Shown piece after piece: positions 1 through 11,740 of a DNA stretch of 64,000 bases. Each line of letters begins with the position of its first letter. Positions within the stretch are counted from its first letter, which is position 1. The notes under the pieces were generated by a model. The model ran no database searches, was not told the origin of the DNA, and worked only from the letters and a program-made list of their open reading frames with translations. This stretch comes from Felis catus (lineage: Eukaryota): assembly GCF_018350175.1 (NCBI RefSeq), contig NC_058368.1, forward strand, positions 48,362,001-48,426,000, given 5' to 3'. The position numbers and the translations under genes were made by a program.

Positions 1-942
1 GAAGAGTGAAGGACAGACTATTTGTTATTTACTCAGCGATCGCCACTTAGCCACTGAGAAATCAGTTGTTAGAACGTGGATGTGGTAACTATCCATGTTG
101 TACTCTACCCATTAGCTCACATTGCTCACTGGAGCATCTCGTACTCTCTGTCTGTTGTAAAGTTCCTTTAGTACAGTACGCCTTGTACTGAGAAGGAGTA
201 TCAGTTCTGTGCGGTCAAGAAAGAACGTGCTCTCTCCCTTTCCTTTTATGTAATGGGCATCGGCATCATTATTCGCTCAGCTTTCCAGGTTTGACAGGGG
301 ACAGTATGCTTTAGTGACTGAGAGAGACCATGAGGATGCCCCAGCTTTTAGACAGCATGTTCCCTGTGCTCTATTTCCCCCTCCATGAAAAAGAAAAGCA
401 CAATATTTAACAACATCGCCAGGCTATTGTGAGCGTTAATTAGATTTAATGGGGGAAGGGAGGTGAGCTGATTACGCACTATTCAAATTCAAAGAATCAT
501 TATTTTGTGTCTAAAAATAATCCTGACTTAGGAACAAAATTAATTTGGAACCTCAATCTTTGGTAATCATCTTCCCATACTTAGAAAAAAGTTTTTATTC
601 ACAATCCCATTCTAAGCAAAATCCAATGAAGTAAAAGTGGAGATCTGTGAATTTCCACAGACTTTTGAAGTAATACAGTACACGGATCAATTTTTTATTT
701 TTCTTTTCTTTCCTTTTTTGAAGCTACACGATGCGTAGAAAGGTTAATTTTGTGGAATGGAGTCATGTAAACAAAGTACATTAATTTTTTGTTTCACATG
801 AAACGTTTGTGAAACACTTTAAATTACTTCTTTAAAGAATTAGTAATTGAAGTTTTGTGACTGAAATAACTTTTTAGGTCATTTCCTCTAAGTTCCATTT
901 ATTTTTATTTTTTTTCAAGAACTATTCAGTGAAAGATCTTTG

Positions 943-1351
943 ATCCATGTCTTAATCCCTGGACCTCATGAATGTTACCGTCCATGGAAGAGTGAATTCT
1001 GTACATGTGATTAAGGATCTTGAGATAGGAAGATTATTCTAGGCTATCTAGGTGGGCGTGAGAAGCAATCACAAGTGTCTTTGTAAAAGGAAGGCACAAA
1101 GAGATTTGGCTACAGAAAGGAAGGAGACAATGTGGTGGCATGGGAAGCAGGTGGAGAAAGCCATGTGAGGTGGGGCCATAAGTCAAGGAATGAGAATGGC
1201 CTCTGGATGACAGAAAACACTAGGAATGGATTGTCCCCTAAAGCCTCCAAAAGGAATCAACCCACCTGACACCTTGACTTGGCCCCATTAGACTCCTTTT
1301 GGAGTTCTGACCTCTGAAACTTTAAGAGAATAAATGTATATTCTTTTAAGC

Positions 1352-1352
<1 letters not shown>
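943..1352 (+). mobile_element. MaLR LTR sequence (MLT1D/MLT1C-like), lacking both LTR termini, ending at its poly(A) site
   Basis: MLT1-type motifs 'tccatgtcttaatccct', 'gtgattaaggatcttgagatagg', 'gacaccttgact', 'ttctgacctctgaaact...aataaatgtatattcttttaagcc'. Confidence 0.8.
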
Positions 1353-1385
<33 letters not shown>

Positions 1386-1428
1386 AGAGAGAGAGAGATA
1401 GAGAGAAGAAAGACAAAGAAGACAAAAA
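1353..1428 (+). repeat. Poly(A)30 followed by (GA)n/A-rich degenerate tail
   Basis: A run 1353-1382, then gagagaga and A/G-rich sequence. Confidence 0.9.
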
Positions 1429-2458
1429 GGTCTTCATACGCCCTAAATTAAAAAAAAAAATCCCTAGATATTTATGTCTAAGATCAGGGAAAAAATCATC
1501 TAAATAGCAATCATCAAAATTAATATAATAGATGAACTTACTATGAAAATCTTTATAAGAACTGAAAGTTGGTACCTGAGAAAAATCTGAGTTGTTGCCT
1601 ATATATCACTAAAAAGCTTACAATATCTTCCAAAAAAGGGAAACGTTCTTTAAAAATGTAACAGTTAATAATCCTAGAAAATATACCATATCTTTTAGGA
1701 GAAAAATGTTGCACTCCGGTTTTGGTGAGTTTTGGCTGAGAAGGAACTTTATCGCTTTTATTTAGAACTTTCCAAAGGAAAAGGAGACTCTGGTCCAGTT
1801 GGCAGAAATGTATTCTTTACAGAGAAGCGGAAAAAATTCTCTTCTGTTTTAACATAGCCCTATTGAAACTTCCTATAAGACTCGCCAATTTTCATAACTT
1901 AGATATATACTCACCAAGCAAACTTCTGATTATTCATTCGATTTCCCCGGACCCTTGATACTGGGGACGGATGTACTCTGTAGGCAGATGAGAATAATCC
2001 AGTCATTAAAAAAGCACATTCCTGATTACAAATGAACAAAAGAAAAAAAAGATCTTATTTATAAATGATCTCTTGTAGGTATGCTTATTGCACAATGCCC
2101 CATAATCACCTCTTAGTAAATGAATACAGTTCATTCCTAGGCATTCACACCTGCAGTCTCTCTTTCCTCTTGTAGCACTTTTGACATAACAAGGACTTGC
2201 CACAAGGTTCACTGAGAAGACCCCCCAAATGCAGAACCACCAGTTTTCGTTGAATGACAGATTCATTCGGTCCAACAAAAAAGTTACTGACTAGCTAATC
2301 TTTGCCAGGTTTAGAAGTGGGTAAAAGTAATGAAAGGTCTGATGTTTGCCTTCAATGAGTCCCGTCTGCTACGTCCTCCCACAAGGGATATCAGGGGGAC
2401 TCTACGTGCACATTCCCTGAGTCAACTAGTAGAATTCAAACCCTAAGAAGCAAGATAA

Positions 2459-3070
2459 TGAAGGTCAGAATATGCTACCCTCAAATACGCTACTTTGGCA
2501 GAAGGATTATTTTGAGTTGAAGACAAGAAACAGCAGACACAGGAGGAGGTCTATACTCTCCCTTTATATGCCTAAAAATAAGGACATAAATTTCCCTTTA
2601 GTAAAGGAAATTTTCATTTGTCAAGGGGTCCCGCCCCACCTCTACTACCGTGAAGTGCAACACACAACTCTTCACCTGTGATGGTACTGAGATGTGGCTG
2701 AGTCAACAATCCTTATTTGCCATGAGTTTCCCCCATCTGTTTCCTAGTTACCTTCCTACCATCTACCCGACTAGAACTTCAGACCCCACCTTCTCTTTTG
2801 ACTCATCACTTCACAGTTTCTCACTCTTTGCTAAATGGTATATAAGATCCAAATTTTAACCCCTTTGAGTTACGACTCACAGCCTATTCCCGCATGCATG
2901 CATGTTATGTGTATAAACAGGTTTTTCCCCCTTCTCACCAATCTGTCTTTTGTCAGTTTGTATGTGTGTGTATTTAGTCAGTTGGTCTTTTGTCAGTTTA
3001 ATCTCCAGGTCCTCAGACCTAGAACCTGAGAAGATAAAAGAAAAGGGTTTTTTTTTTTTTCCTTCCACCA
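2459..3070 (+). mobile_element. Solo ERV1-class LTR, MER34-like
   Basis: Starts 'tgaaggtcagaatatgctaccctcaaatacgctactttggcagaaggattattttgagttgaag' (MER34-type 5' end); TATA-like 'tatataa' ~2839; ends '...ttttccttccacca'. Confidence 0.75.
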
Positions 3071-3339
3071 AAGTAACTTCATCCAAATTCCAGGAACAGA
3101 ATCTGAGAATGGGGGAAGAAGGAAGGGTGAGCAGTTATTTCCAGGAGAAAAGCTTTCTAGGTGTCATGCTCTGCAGCTGGGCTTTGAGGAAGGCAGTCAA
3201 TCCGAAACTTTAGCTAAATAATGGCGAAGCAAAAACTATTGTTGTACAAGCTTTCGGGGTTAGAGTCATCTGCTGGAAGTTTGTATTTCCAAGAACTGCT
3301 GATATCTTCCAATCAGGAGCTAGTTGCTGAAACTCCACC

Positions 3340-3960
3340 TCTTTGTGGGTCACTCACTGGCAACACAGTATGCCCTACTTCCTGCTTCCCTCTGGCCAAC
3401 TTCCTGCTTTGTTCTATCTTTACTAGGATTTGTGAGATCTAGGCAGTCTTTCGGCTTGTGTTATCATTACATCCCACACATTTCTCTTATTTGCAAGACA
3501 GCAAACAGAAATTTTAAGCTGGTCTTTCAGAACCAGCGGCTCCAAGATTCATTAGAACCCCAGTTCTCTATAGCTGTTTAGCACGTGAAACTTATTTCCA
3601 AACAGATAGTACTGTTCCAGCCCCTGAGAAGGGCCAGATGCAAACTTCCTGTAAATCCAGAGGCAGACTGCACTTTGCACTCGGAAGGCTTATTTCTTCC
3701 AACATCCCTTATTAACATTCTTTTCCTCACAGCGCTTCTCAATGGCTGCTGCAGCTGGGCGGCTCACCACAGATTTTCTGCTCTGCATGGGGGAGGGGAT
3801 GTTAATTATGCAGAAAGATGGAGAGAGGCCAGACAGCCCCTCTGGTGAACTGTCTCATTCAAGCACGGCCCACTTCCTGCTGTTTTTGCAGCTACAAGGA
3901 TCACCTGTTGGTCTTGGCATCTGGCCAAACTGGGGCCTGGCGGAAATGACAGACTCAGCT
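3340..3960. promoter_or_regulatory. Candidate enhancer (ETS motif cluster with GATA/E-box sites)
   Basis: ACTTCCTG at 3377, 3399, 3644, 3872 in non-repeat sequence; AGATAG-type sites and CAGATG nearby. Motif evidence only. Confidence 0.35.
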
Positions 3961-5574
3961 AGAAATGAAAGCCAGCTCATATTCCGGCACCCCAAATTGG
4001 GGAGAGAGAAAAAAACACGCCACAGAAATGCACAAGAATTATACAAAGGGTAGCAAGACTCATTTCTTTTCTTTTCTTCTTTCTTCTTTCTTTCATTCTA
4101 TCTGTTTGAAATACAAACATCATAATGGAATTGTGAGCCAAAAAATGTCTCCTCAGTTAAATCCCCCCTGACCTAAGTCCTCTTAACCTTCTCCACATCC
4201 CCACTAGGGTGCCAGAGTCCTATTGCCTAAATAAAGTTCTAAGGAGTAACAGCCCAAACACTCACAATTCTTTAATTCACTCCACATCCTCTGACCAGAT
4301 GAATTTTCATGACAGAAGTATATTCTTCTTGAAGCTTCTTATTCATATATCAGTGGGAAAAAAATGGGCTTGTTTAACTTATAATTAAAATATTCCCTAG
4401 GTATTTAGATCTTTTAACAAAATCCCACTGATCCATAGTTCAAATACTCTAAGTAGATAATTTCTATCATGGTTTAGCGGTCTACAAAGAATTTCATGAC
4501 AGTGTGTGTATGGACAAATAATTACAAAGTTTCTTAAATGAAAATAGTAAAACAAGAAAGCTTTTTTTTCCTTTCTGAAAGGGAGTAAATTGATAACCTG
4601 GAGCTTGCTTCATTTGCTGAAGTAGACCATAAAAGGTTTGCATTTCAGCTACTCCCCAAATTTTATTTCTTTAGAAGGATACGCAGTGTTTTTGTGAGCT
4701 CAGTCTACACTGTGGCACTTCTGGCCACCACCTCCCTTCTTTCCACAAATAGCAGCCAGGCAAGGTAGCAAAGTCAAAACCCCGGTAGGAGAAACCACCA
4801 CCTCATCTGCATGTCATGCATTATTCATGACCTCCTGATTCCTGCACCTGCATCTAGGCAGGAAGCTTGCAGGGAATGTTCATTATTCTTCTTTTAGCCT
4901 CACACAGGCTCGATTACTGCTAAGCCACTTTGTTCTGTAACTAAGGATTTCAGGCCTTAGTACTAACCGCTGGATATGGAAAGAAAAAAAAAAATCACCA
5001 TGCTGAAGAAAAGAACAATTTTGGTTGTTGTGCAACATGTATTGAATCCTACAACGTGCTCTTCTGAGACTGACAGTTACTGTCAGATGGAAATGCTCAC
5101 ATTTGGTGATTTACATTACATAGAAAAAAGGGAAGCCATACCATTAAGGCCATGTATAGCAACTGTTCTATTTACATACACTTACTCATCTAAGGCAGAC
5201 AGCATGTCTATAATTGAGCCCAACTCAGGGCTTAATTTAGCTTCCTTGCTACGCATGTGGGAACTTTTTGAATATCTTAATACAAAAATGGTTCTTCTTC
5301 TTTGGGTATAAGCTGCAAAGAACCTGACCCTCAAGTCTTGTATTTTAATGACTAATATTTATTGTAAATCAAGAGAATATGATCACTCTGCTTTTCAATG
5401 TTTTTGTGCACATTCCTGAATGGCTAGTGGCTGGAGGTAGGATAGGAAATCCAATACTCAACATGAATTACTGATTACTAATGAACTGCTGGGGAAAGAT
5501 ACCATCTACTTTTTTACTCTCCCCACCAGGGAAAAGCCGTGCAGCTTAAATCCAATCTTACAGTCCCAAATGAA

Positions 5575-6032
5575 ATTAGGATGATGTGAAAACAAACTGT
5601 GGGAGGCACCTGGGTGGCTCAGTCAGTTAAGTCTTGATTTTGACTCAGGTCATGATCTCGCGGTTTTGTGGGTTCCAGCCCTGCATCTGGCTCTGTGCAA
5701 GCACATGGAGCTTGTCTGGGATTCCTCTGCTCTCTCTGTCCCTCCCGTTTGAGCTCTGTCTCTTTCAAAATAAACAAACAAACAAAAAGTGCAAACTGTG
5801 GAACCAGCCTGCCTGGGATGGAATTCCAGCTCCACTACCTATCAAGAGAGTCATGTCCTCTTAGGGCAAGCGACCTAACCTCTCTGAGCTTCACGTCCCT
5901 CATCTGTACAAATGGAGGAAGAAAAGATGGCCACCTCTGAAGACTGTGAGACTAAAATGAGTTAATAGTTGTAAAGCATTTAGGACACCGCGTGGTGTCC
6001 GGGAAGCAGTGAATACACATTGCCTATTATCA
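5575..6032 (+). mobile_element. MIR SINE interrupted by a CanSINE
   Basis: MIR core 'gggcaagcgacctaacctctctgagcttcacgtccctcatctgtacaaatgg' and 3' 'taaatgagttaatagttgtaaagcatttag'. Confidence 0.75.
5603..5788 (+). mobile_element. CanSINE (older feline/carnivore type)
   Basis: 'ggcacctgggtggctcagtcagttaag' head, CT-rich region, aataaa tail; TSD caaactgtgg (5593-5602 / 5792-5801). Confidence 0.93.
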
Positions 6033-6371
6033 CTAGCAGTATTGATTGGATTGGAAAAGACTGGAAGATGAACCTAGAATATCTAACTGATTCCAGGGGA
6101 CTGAGATAACAAATGTGCTGTAAGGACCTGCGGTCTTAACTACTATGCTTATCTGACTTCACTAAAGGCAAGAAAGTAACAAAGAGAAATGAATACATAT
6201 AGAGTAACAAGAACCAACGACTGTGGTTTCTAAGGTATGGCTTACTTTCTGGCATCTAATTTTTCTGTTCTTTATTAGAAGATCTATCTTCTGTTCACTA
6301 AAATTTCGTAATATTTCAGTTATTTCCCATCCAAGAACAAGTCAGTAATCACACCAAGACGAAATCACTCC

Positions 6372-6545
6372 ATTAACTAAGCCCTAACTATGTGCCAAAC
6401 ACCATGCTAATTTCATCAGACACATTTATTTTATCTTCATATCCTTATTATCCACATTTTATCGTTGAGAAAACTGACTTAGAAGAGTTAAGTTACTTGC
6501 CAGGGTGACACAGCTAGTCAACAGCAAAATCAGAACTTGAACATT
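6372..6545 (-). mobile_element. MIR fragment
   Basis: 'cattttatcgttgagaaaactgacttagaagagttaagttacttgccagggtgacacagctagt' = reverse MIR core. Confidence 0.75.
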
Positions 6546-6887
6546 ATGTTTGACTTATGCTATTCCGTGTGAACCAATCCTATGAATTCATATATATTCT
6601 CTCCACACTACCGTAAAGGATGCTAATAAAGTGAATTAGTACTAGGGGCTTTTATGAGAGATTGTGCATTTATTTAGGGCCAACTGAATATTTTATAGTG
6701 TAAGTAAATGCAAAGGGAAAGTACTAGTTTCCCTGGACTAAAATTGGCACTGAATGAAATATTAATCATTCAGGTACTCACAAGAAAGTCATATTGGTTT
6801 ACCCACTGATCATCCTTCAGCTGCTTATGAAAATTTCTTATCAGTGTTGCTATTTAAATACATTATATATGACAAGTGTAAGTTTTA

Positions 6888-7094
6888 TTTTTTATTTTTT
6901 TAAATTTATTTTTGAGAAAGATACAAAGAACAAGCGAGGGAGGGTCAGAGAGAGAAGGAGACAGAATCCCAAGCAGCCTCCATGCGATCAGCACAGAGCC
7001 CAACACAGGGCTCAAACTCACGAACCATGAGATCATGTCCTGAGTCAAAATCAAGAGTTGGATGCTTAACCAACTGAACCACCCAGGCGCCCCC
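6888..7094 (-). mobile_element. CanSINE (older type)
   Basis: Reverse head 'ccacccaggcgcccc'; TSD gtgtaagtttta (6876-6887 / 7097-7108). Confidence 0.95.
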
Positions 7095-7164
7095 ACGTGT
7101 AAGTTTTAGATATACATGTATATCTAAATATAAATTAATTATAAATAGGTATAATTAATTCTAG

Positions 7165-7800
7165 CTACATCCACTTCCTTCCCATTTTTTCTAGAACCCA
7201 ATTCAATCTAACTTCAAAGATGAAGCCATCTTTTTGTTGGTCATCCGTGGCTTCCATGTTTTCAAATCTAATGGTTAATTCTCAGTCCTCATCTTCTCAA
7301 ACTCTCGGTAGCAACTGCTATAACCGATCACTTTCTTTGCAAAGCTTTTTTTGCTCAGCATAATGGACATTCTTCTGCCTTTCTCCCTCTTCTTTTGCCT
7401 TTGCTTGAACCTCCTTTTCTCATTCTTTTGAACCACAAATGTTGGTGTGGCCTGGGGATAATCTTCCTATGACCTTTCTCTTTCTTTTTTCAACTCACTC
7501 CCTACTTGAAAGAGTCTCCAATGTGGCTACCCTCACCTCCTTGATGACATCATCCCCTCTATGGGCCTTAGATGCCATCCATATTATAATAGCTCTCAAA
7601 TTTCTATCTCCAGCCCAATCTCTAGATCTTCTCCAAATACTAGACTTGGGTTTTTCAATATTAATCTACCCCTTTCAAAAAAAAATTTTTTTTAACGTAT
7701 TTCTTTCCATATCTTCCCAGACATAAAAATGCCAGCATCATTCACACAGTTGCAACACTGAAATAATACTTGAGTTCCTTCATGCTCTCACGCCTCACAT
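7165..7800 (+). mobile_element. L2 LINE fragment
   Basis: L2-like 'caaatctaatggttaattctcagtcctcatctt' and 'ctcaaatttctatctccagccc'. Confidence 0.65.
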
Positions 7801-8380
7801 GTTAGGCAGCCTGCTTAATACTGAGGACAATCAGAATAAACTATTATCTCACAGACCAATAAAATATTTATTGTAGGTAATTACTCATCTAGCAGGATTA
7901 TAGATTTTCATTATCAAGATCATGAGAAATTATAATGTACATTTTCTACTCTTCAGTCCACTTTGTCCTATTATATAATAAAATTATTAGTCCCATATTT
8001 TCATCCATAAACTGTTCTAATTATTCAACATAATACACACTGTAACACCTCAGCTTCCTACATTTGTGAAAGAAAAGATTAGTCTAGAAATAATTCCACA
8101 ACTATTTGTAAATCTCAGAATTTTCTTCTACACAATCACATGAAAGATAATTTTAAAGTACTTTTACAGTAATTCTTGGTATTGTTTCCTTCTTACATAT
8201 AATTGTACTGAATACAAGTTCTCATGATTACTCAGGTTAGTTTGGATGTTTTTATTGTAAAATATATATACTACGCTTGACCAAATAAAGATATGTGTGT
8301 GACTCCAGCATTTACATTAAGTGAGTCCTATTTATTCTCAGCTTTTATCAAGCTAGTGATTAGATGAACATTAGAAATGT

Positions 8381-8384
<4 letters not shown>

Positions 8385-8426
<42 letters not shown>
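8385..8426 (+). repeat. (CA)21 microsatellite
   Basis: Direct reading. Confidence 0.97.
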
Positions 8427-8427
<1 letters not shown>

Positions 8428-8626
8428 TTAAAGTTTATTTATTTATTTGAGAAAGACAGAACAAGTGAGTGAGGGAGGGACAGAGAGAGGGAGACAGAAT
8501 CCCAAGCAGGCTCCACGTTGTCAGCATAGAGCCTGATGTGTGGCTTAATCCCACAAACTGTGAGATCATGACCTGAGCTAAAATCAGGAGTCGGATGCTT
8601 AACCCACTGAGCCACCCAGCTGCCCC
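8427..8626 (-). mobile_element. CanSINE (older type)
   Basis: 'tttatttatttatttgagaaagac...gagatcatgacctgagc...ctgagccacccagctgcccc'. Confidence 0.94.
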
Positions 8627-8899
8627 TGGAATGACATATATTTTTTTAAAGTTTTTTTTTTTCTTCTCATTACACTGTAGTCTTTCTCTCTCCTGCAGCC
8701 ATTGATACTATTGTTAGAAGAGTGGTCTAACCTTAAACATACTGAGTGAATGTGATAACTGTTTTCACTGTTTAACAGTATAAAATTTGTTAAAAATACA
8801 GTGTTTTGCAGGGAACAACATGAATTTCTGCCATACATCAACAGAATGAGCGATTCTAATAAGAAACCATTTGGTCTGCACAATTACATCATATTAATT

Positions 8900-9222
8900 C
8901 ATCCCAGTCTCATCTCCCAACATCTCCAACTACTCTCTCTGTGTCAGTGACACCGAAGATCCTCCTCCTCCTCTCGTTACCTAGTTAGCAGACGTTCAAC
9001 TCTAAGAAGCCACCCCAATCTCCAGGTCTAGGTTAACTCACTGTACGTTCTCACAGCACGGGTACTCAGCACATGATAACTGAAGATAATTTTGTTTTTA
9101 TGTTTATTTTGTCTGTCTCTCCAAATAGACAGTATGCTCCAAGGGGGACAAGGGAGCTTTTCTCTTTTTGCTGTCGTATCTCTCTTACCTGCCACAAAGT
9201 GGGCACTCAATAAATAATTATT
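8900..9222 (+). mobile_element. L2 3' end
   Basis: 'tgtctgtctctccaaatagacagtatgctcc...gggcactcaataaata' typical L2 3' terminus. Confidence 0.65.
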
Positions 9223-9454
9223 GCCAGATGAGCCTTCTTTCCCTACTAGACTGTAACTTCTAGGATGGATGGCAACAGCCATGGCTAAGTCACACCTGCA
9301 TCCTCAGAGCTTAGCATATCATTATTATTAGCAAATAAACGCGGGACTAAGGAGTTAGTCACTGGGGCAGTCAGCTGGGGAACAATAATATCAATCTTTC
9401 CTCTACCGGTCAGAACCATATATGCATCACTCACATTTTTAATTTATTGTATAC

Positions 9455-10540
9455 CTATTATTTATTCATTCATTCACATCTTAATTGAACATCTACTGTG
9501 TCAGACACTGTTCTAGATTCTTCAATCCTATGAACTGGGTTGGATGATGGAATATTACACCTATGAAGAAATGTTTCGACTTCAAGGAGCCTACAGTACA
9601 ACCATGAGTTTGAAAATATTGAACAATATTGAACAATAGTGAACTGAACATATTCAATATTGAATATGAGTTTGAACAATATTGAAATTATTGTTCAATA
9701 ATTGTTCAATTGGCCATCATGTGCAATGTGATAAGTGGCTATGGGAGCAAATAAAAGGGTGTCTGCATTAATTAAGCTTTGGAGTAGACCCAGAAGTTTC
9801 CCTAAGATAATATGGACAGGCAATGAAGGATGGAAATGGGCAGCAGAAAAACTACAAATTGTTTTGGGTAACTAGAGTAAAGGATTTGCCAGGTCTACAG
9901 GGGCAAGAGATTATGTAATAACAGGGCTTTGATCAGGGACGGTCTTGTGTAGTGTGCTAAGTAGTAAACTCAAAAAGAGTTAAAGGACAATGACCAAAGG
10001 CTTTTAAGGTTAGAATTGACACAATCAGGTTTGTGTACTAGAAAAGTCATGTTGGCAGCAGTATTGAGAGTGGCCTGAAGAGAATGCATCATTACACAGG
10101 AAGAGCCATTGGAGGCCGACTGTAAAACTTTGGCCGAGCAAGATCTAAGATGGCAGCAGTAGACATAGTGGAGTGGGAATGGAGAATGAGGAAAAGGAAG
10201 ACAGATACACACGAAATTAGGTGTTATCCCTGGGGCTTGGTATAAATATATGCAAGATGTCGAGAGGCAAGGCAGAAAAAGGGAACAATTTATGGCTAAC
10301 AACGAGGGCTGTGAACTGGTTGATCAGAGGAATCAATATAAGGAATTAAGGTTATGTTTTGGGATTAAAAAAATACAGTAAGTTTCTGTCCATTGCATAT
10401 ACAGATCTGGGGTTCAGCAATTTTAAGATGAGAGATGGAGATGTGAGCACCCTTACTAGATAAATGGTCAGTGGGCCCTGAATTTCCCAGAGGCGGAATT
10501 TAAGTGAGAAAACCAGCAGACGAAGGTCAAGACACCAGGA
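9455..10540 (-). mobile_element. L2 fragment (3' portion)
   Basis: Reverse L2 end 'tattcattcattcacatcttaattgaacatctactgtgtcagacactgttctag' followed by purine-rich L2-like body. Confidence 0.65.
9604..9712. repeat. Mixed tandem/inverted AATATTGAAC array with a 20-bp palindrome
   Basis: Repeated 'aatattgaac', inverted 'attgttcaat', palindrome catattcaatattgaatatg 9649-9668. Confidence 0.85.
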
Positions 10541-10699
10541 AACCGTACATCTTCTTGCATGACTTTAAACCTCTCTTCCTACTCATTCAGAGAACGCCAG
10601 AAATCCCCACTTATTGATGGGAAGTTGGAGCTTCATGATTCAATTTAACCTCGTAAGATCTCATAACCAATATTAAGAGAGGGAAGACATGATCTCTTC

Positions 10700-11740
10700 T
10701 ACCCTTCCCTTCATGTCAGAAAAGGTGAAATTAATCTGTTTTTCCTTCACTATTGTCTTGGCAGTAAATGGCCCTAACATCAATTCTCTCAAGCAACTCA
10801 AAATAAGGAGTCACTCTTGGCTGAACTTCTCTCTCCACCTGCAGCCCATTCTCAGGCCTGTACACTACACCACCTCCATTCTATCTGCTTTACGTTTCCA
10901 CAGTCATCGACCTATTTTAACTCATATCTCTCTCTTCACAGGACCATTCCCCAAATCTTCTCCTTCAGTCCATTTTCTGCACTAGAGCCACAATGATACA
11001 TTTAAAAGAGCAGATCTGTTCTTCTCACTCCACTCTTCCGTTAGTGGCTTTCCATTGCTCTTGAAATAGACCTAAATCTCAAGTTGGCCTACATGCCAAT
11101 GATCGGGCCCCCGCTGACCTCTCCAGCTTTGCTCTCCCACAGTATCACTCTTCCTCATATCCTGCTCTGTGATCCAGTCGGCCTGGTCTTCTTTCACTTT
11201 CCCTCTCTTAGCTCAGTGCCTCTGTGTGTGTTCTTCCTTTTGCACAGAACCTCCAACACCACCCCTTCACCTACGTAACTCTTCCTCAGTCTCATCTCCC
11301 TGACTGATCAAACTGGACCATGTTTCTATGTTACAGACTTGTGTTATTCTCCCCATTTGTTCTTCACAGCACCTATCAGGGTTATATACAGTTAAATACG
11401 GAAGTGATAATTTGGGGTGCCTGGGTGGCTCAGTAGGTTAAGCGTCCGACTTCGGCTCATGGTTTGTGAGTTCAAGCCCCATGTTGGGCTCTGTGTTGAC
11501 AGCTCAGAGCCTGGAGCCTGCTTTGGATTCAGTGTCTCCCTGTCCCTCTCCCACTCACACTCACACTCTGTCTCTGCCTCTCTCTCTTAAAAATAAACCA
11601 TTAAAAAAATTAAAAAGATGATAATTTGATGAAAAGCAGGAACTTTTTCTCCTTAGCTCTCTACTATATGCCCAGAAGTAGGTCCTACACCTGGTACAAA
11701 GCAGGAATATATTAAATGTTGCTCTATAAATAAAAGGAGA
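10700..11740 (+). mobile_element. L2 fragment interrupted by a CanSINE
   Basis: 'ggcagtaaatggc', 'tccattttctgcactagagccaca', 'agtggctttccattgctctt', 3' 'cacctggtacaaagcaggaatattaaatgttg'. Confidence 0.65.
11414..11616 (+). mobile_element. CanSINE (SINEC_Fc2-like) with internal 13-bp deletion
   Basis: Head 'ggggtgcctgggtggctcag', 'gacagctcagagcctggagcctg'; flanking tgataattt repeat. Confidence 0.95.

Noticed and set aside
4201..4214. CTCF-like 'ccactagggtgcca'
   Set aside because: Mismatches at conserved core positions; too weak to call.
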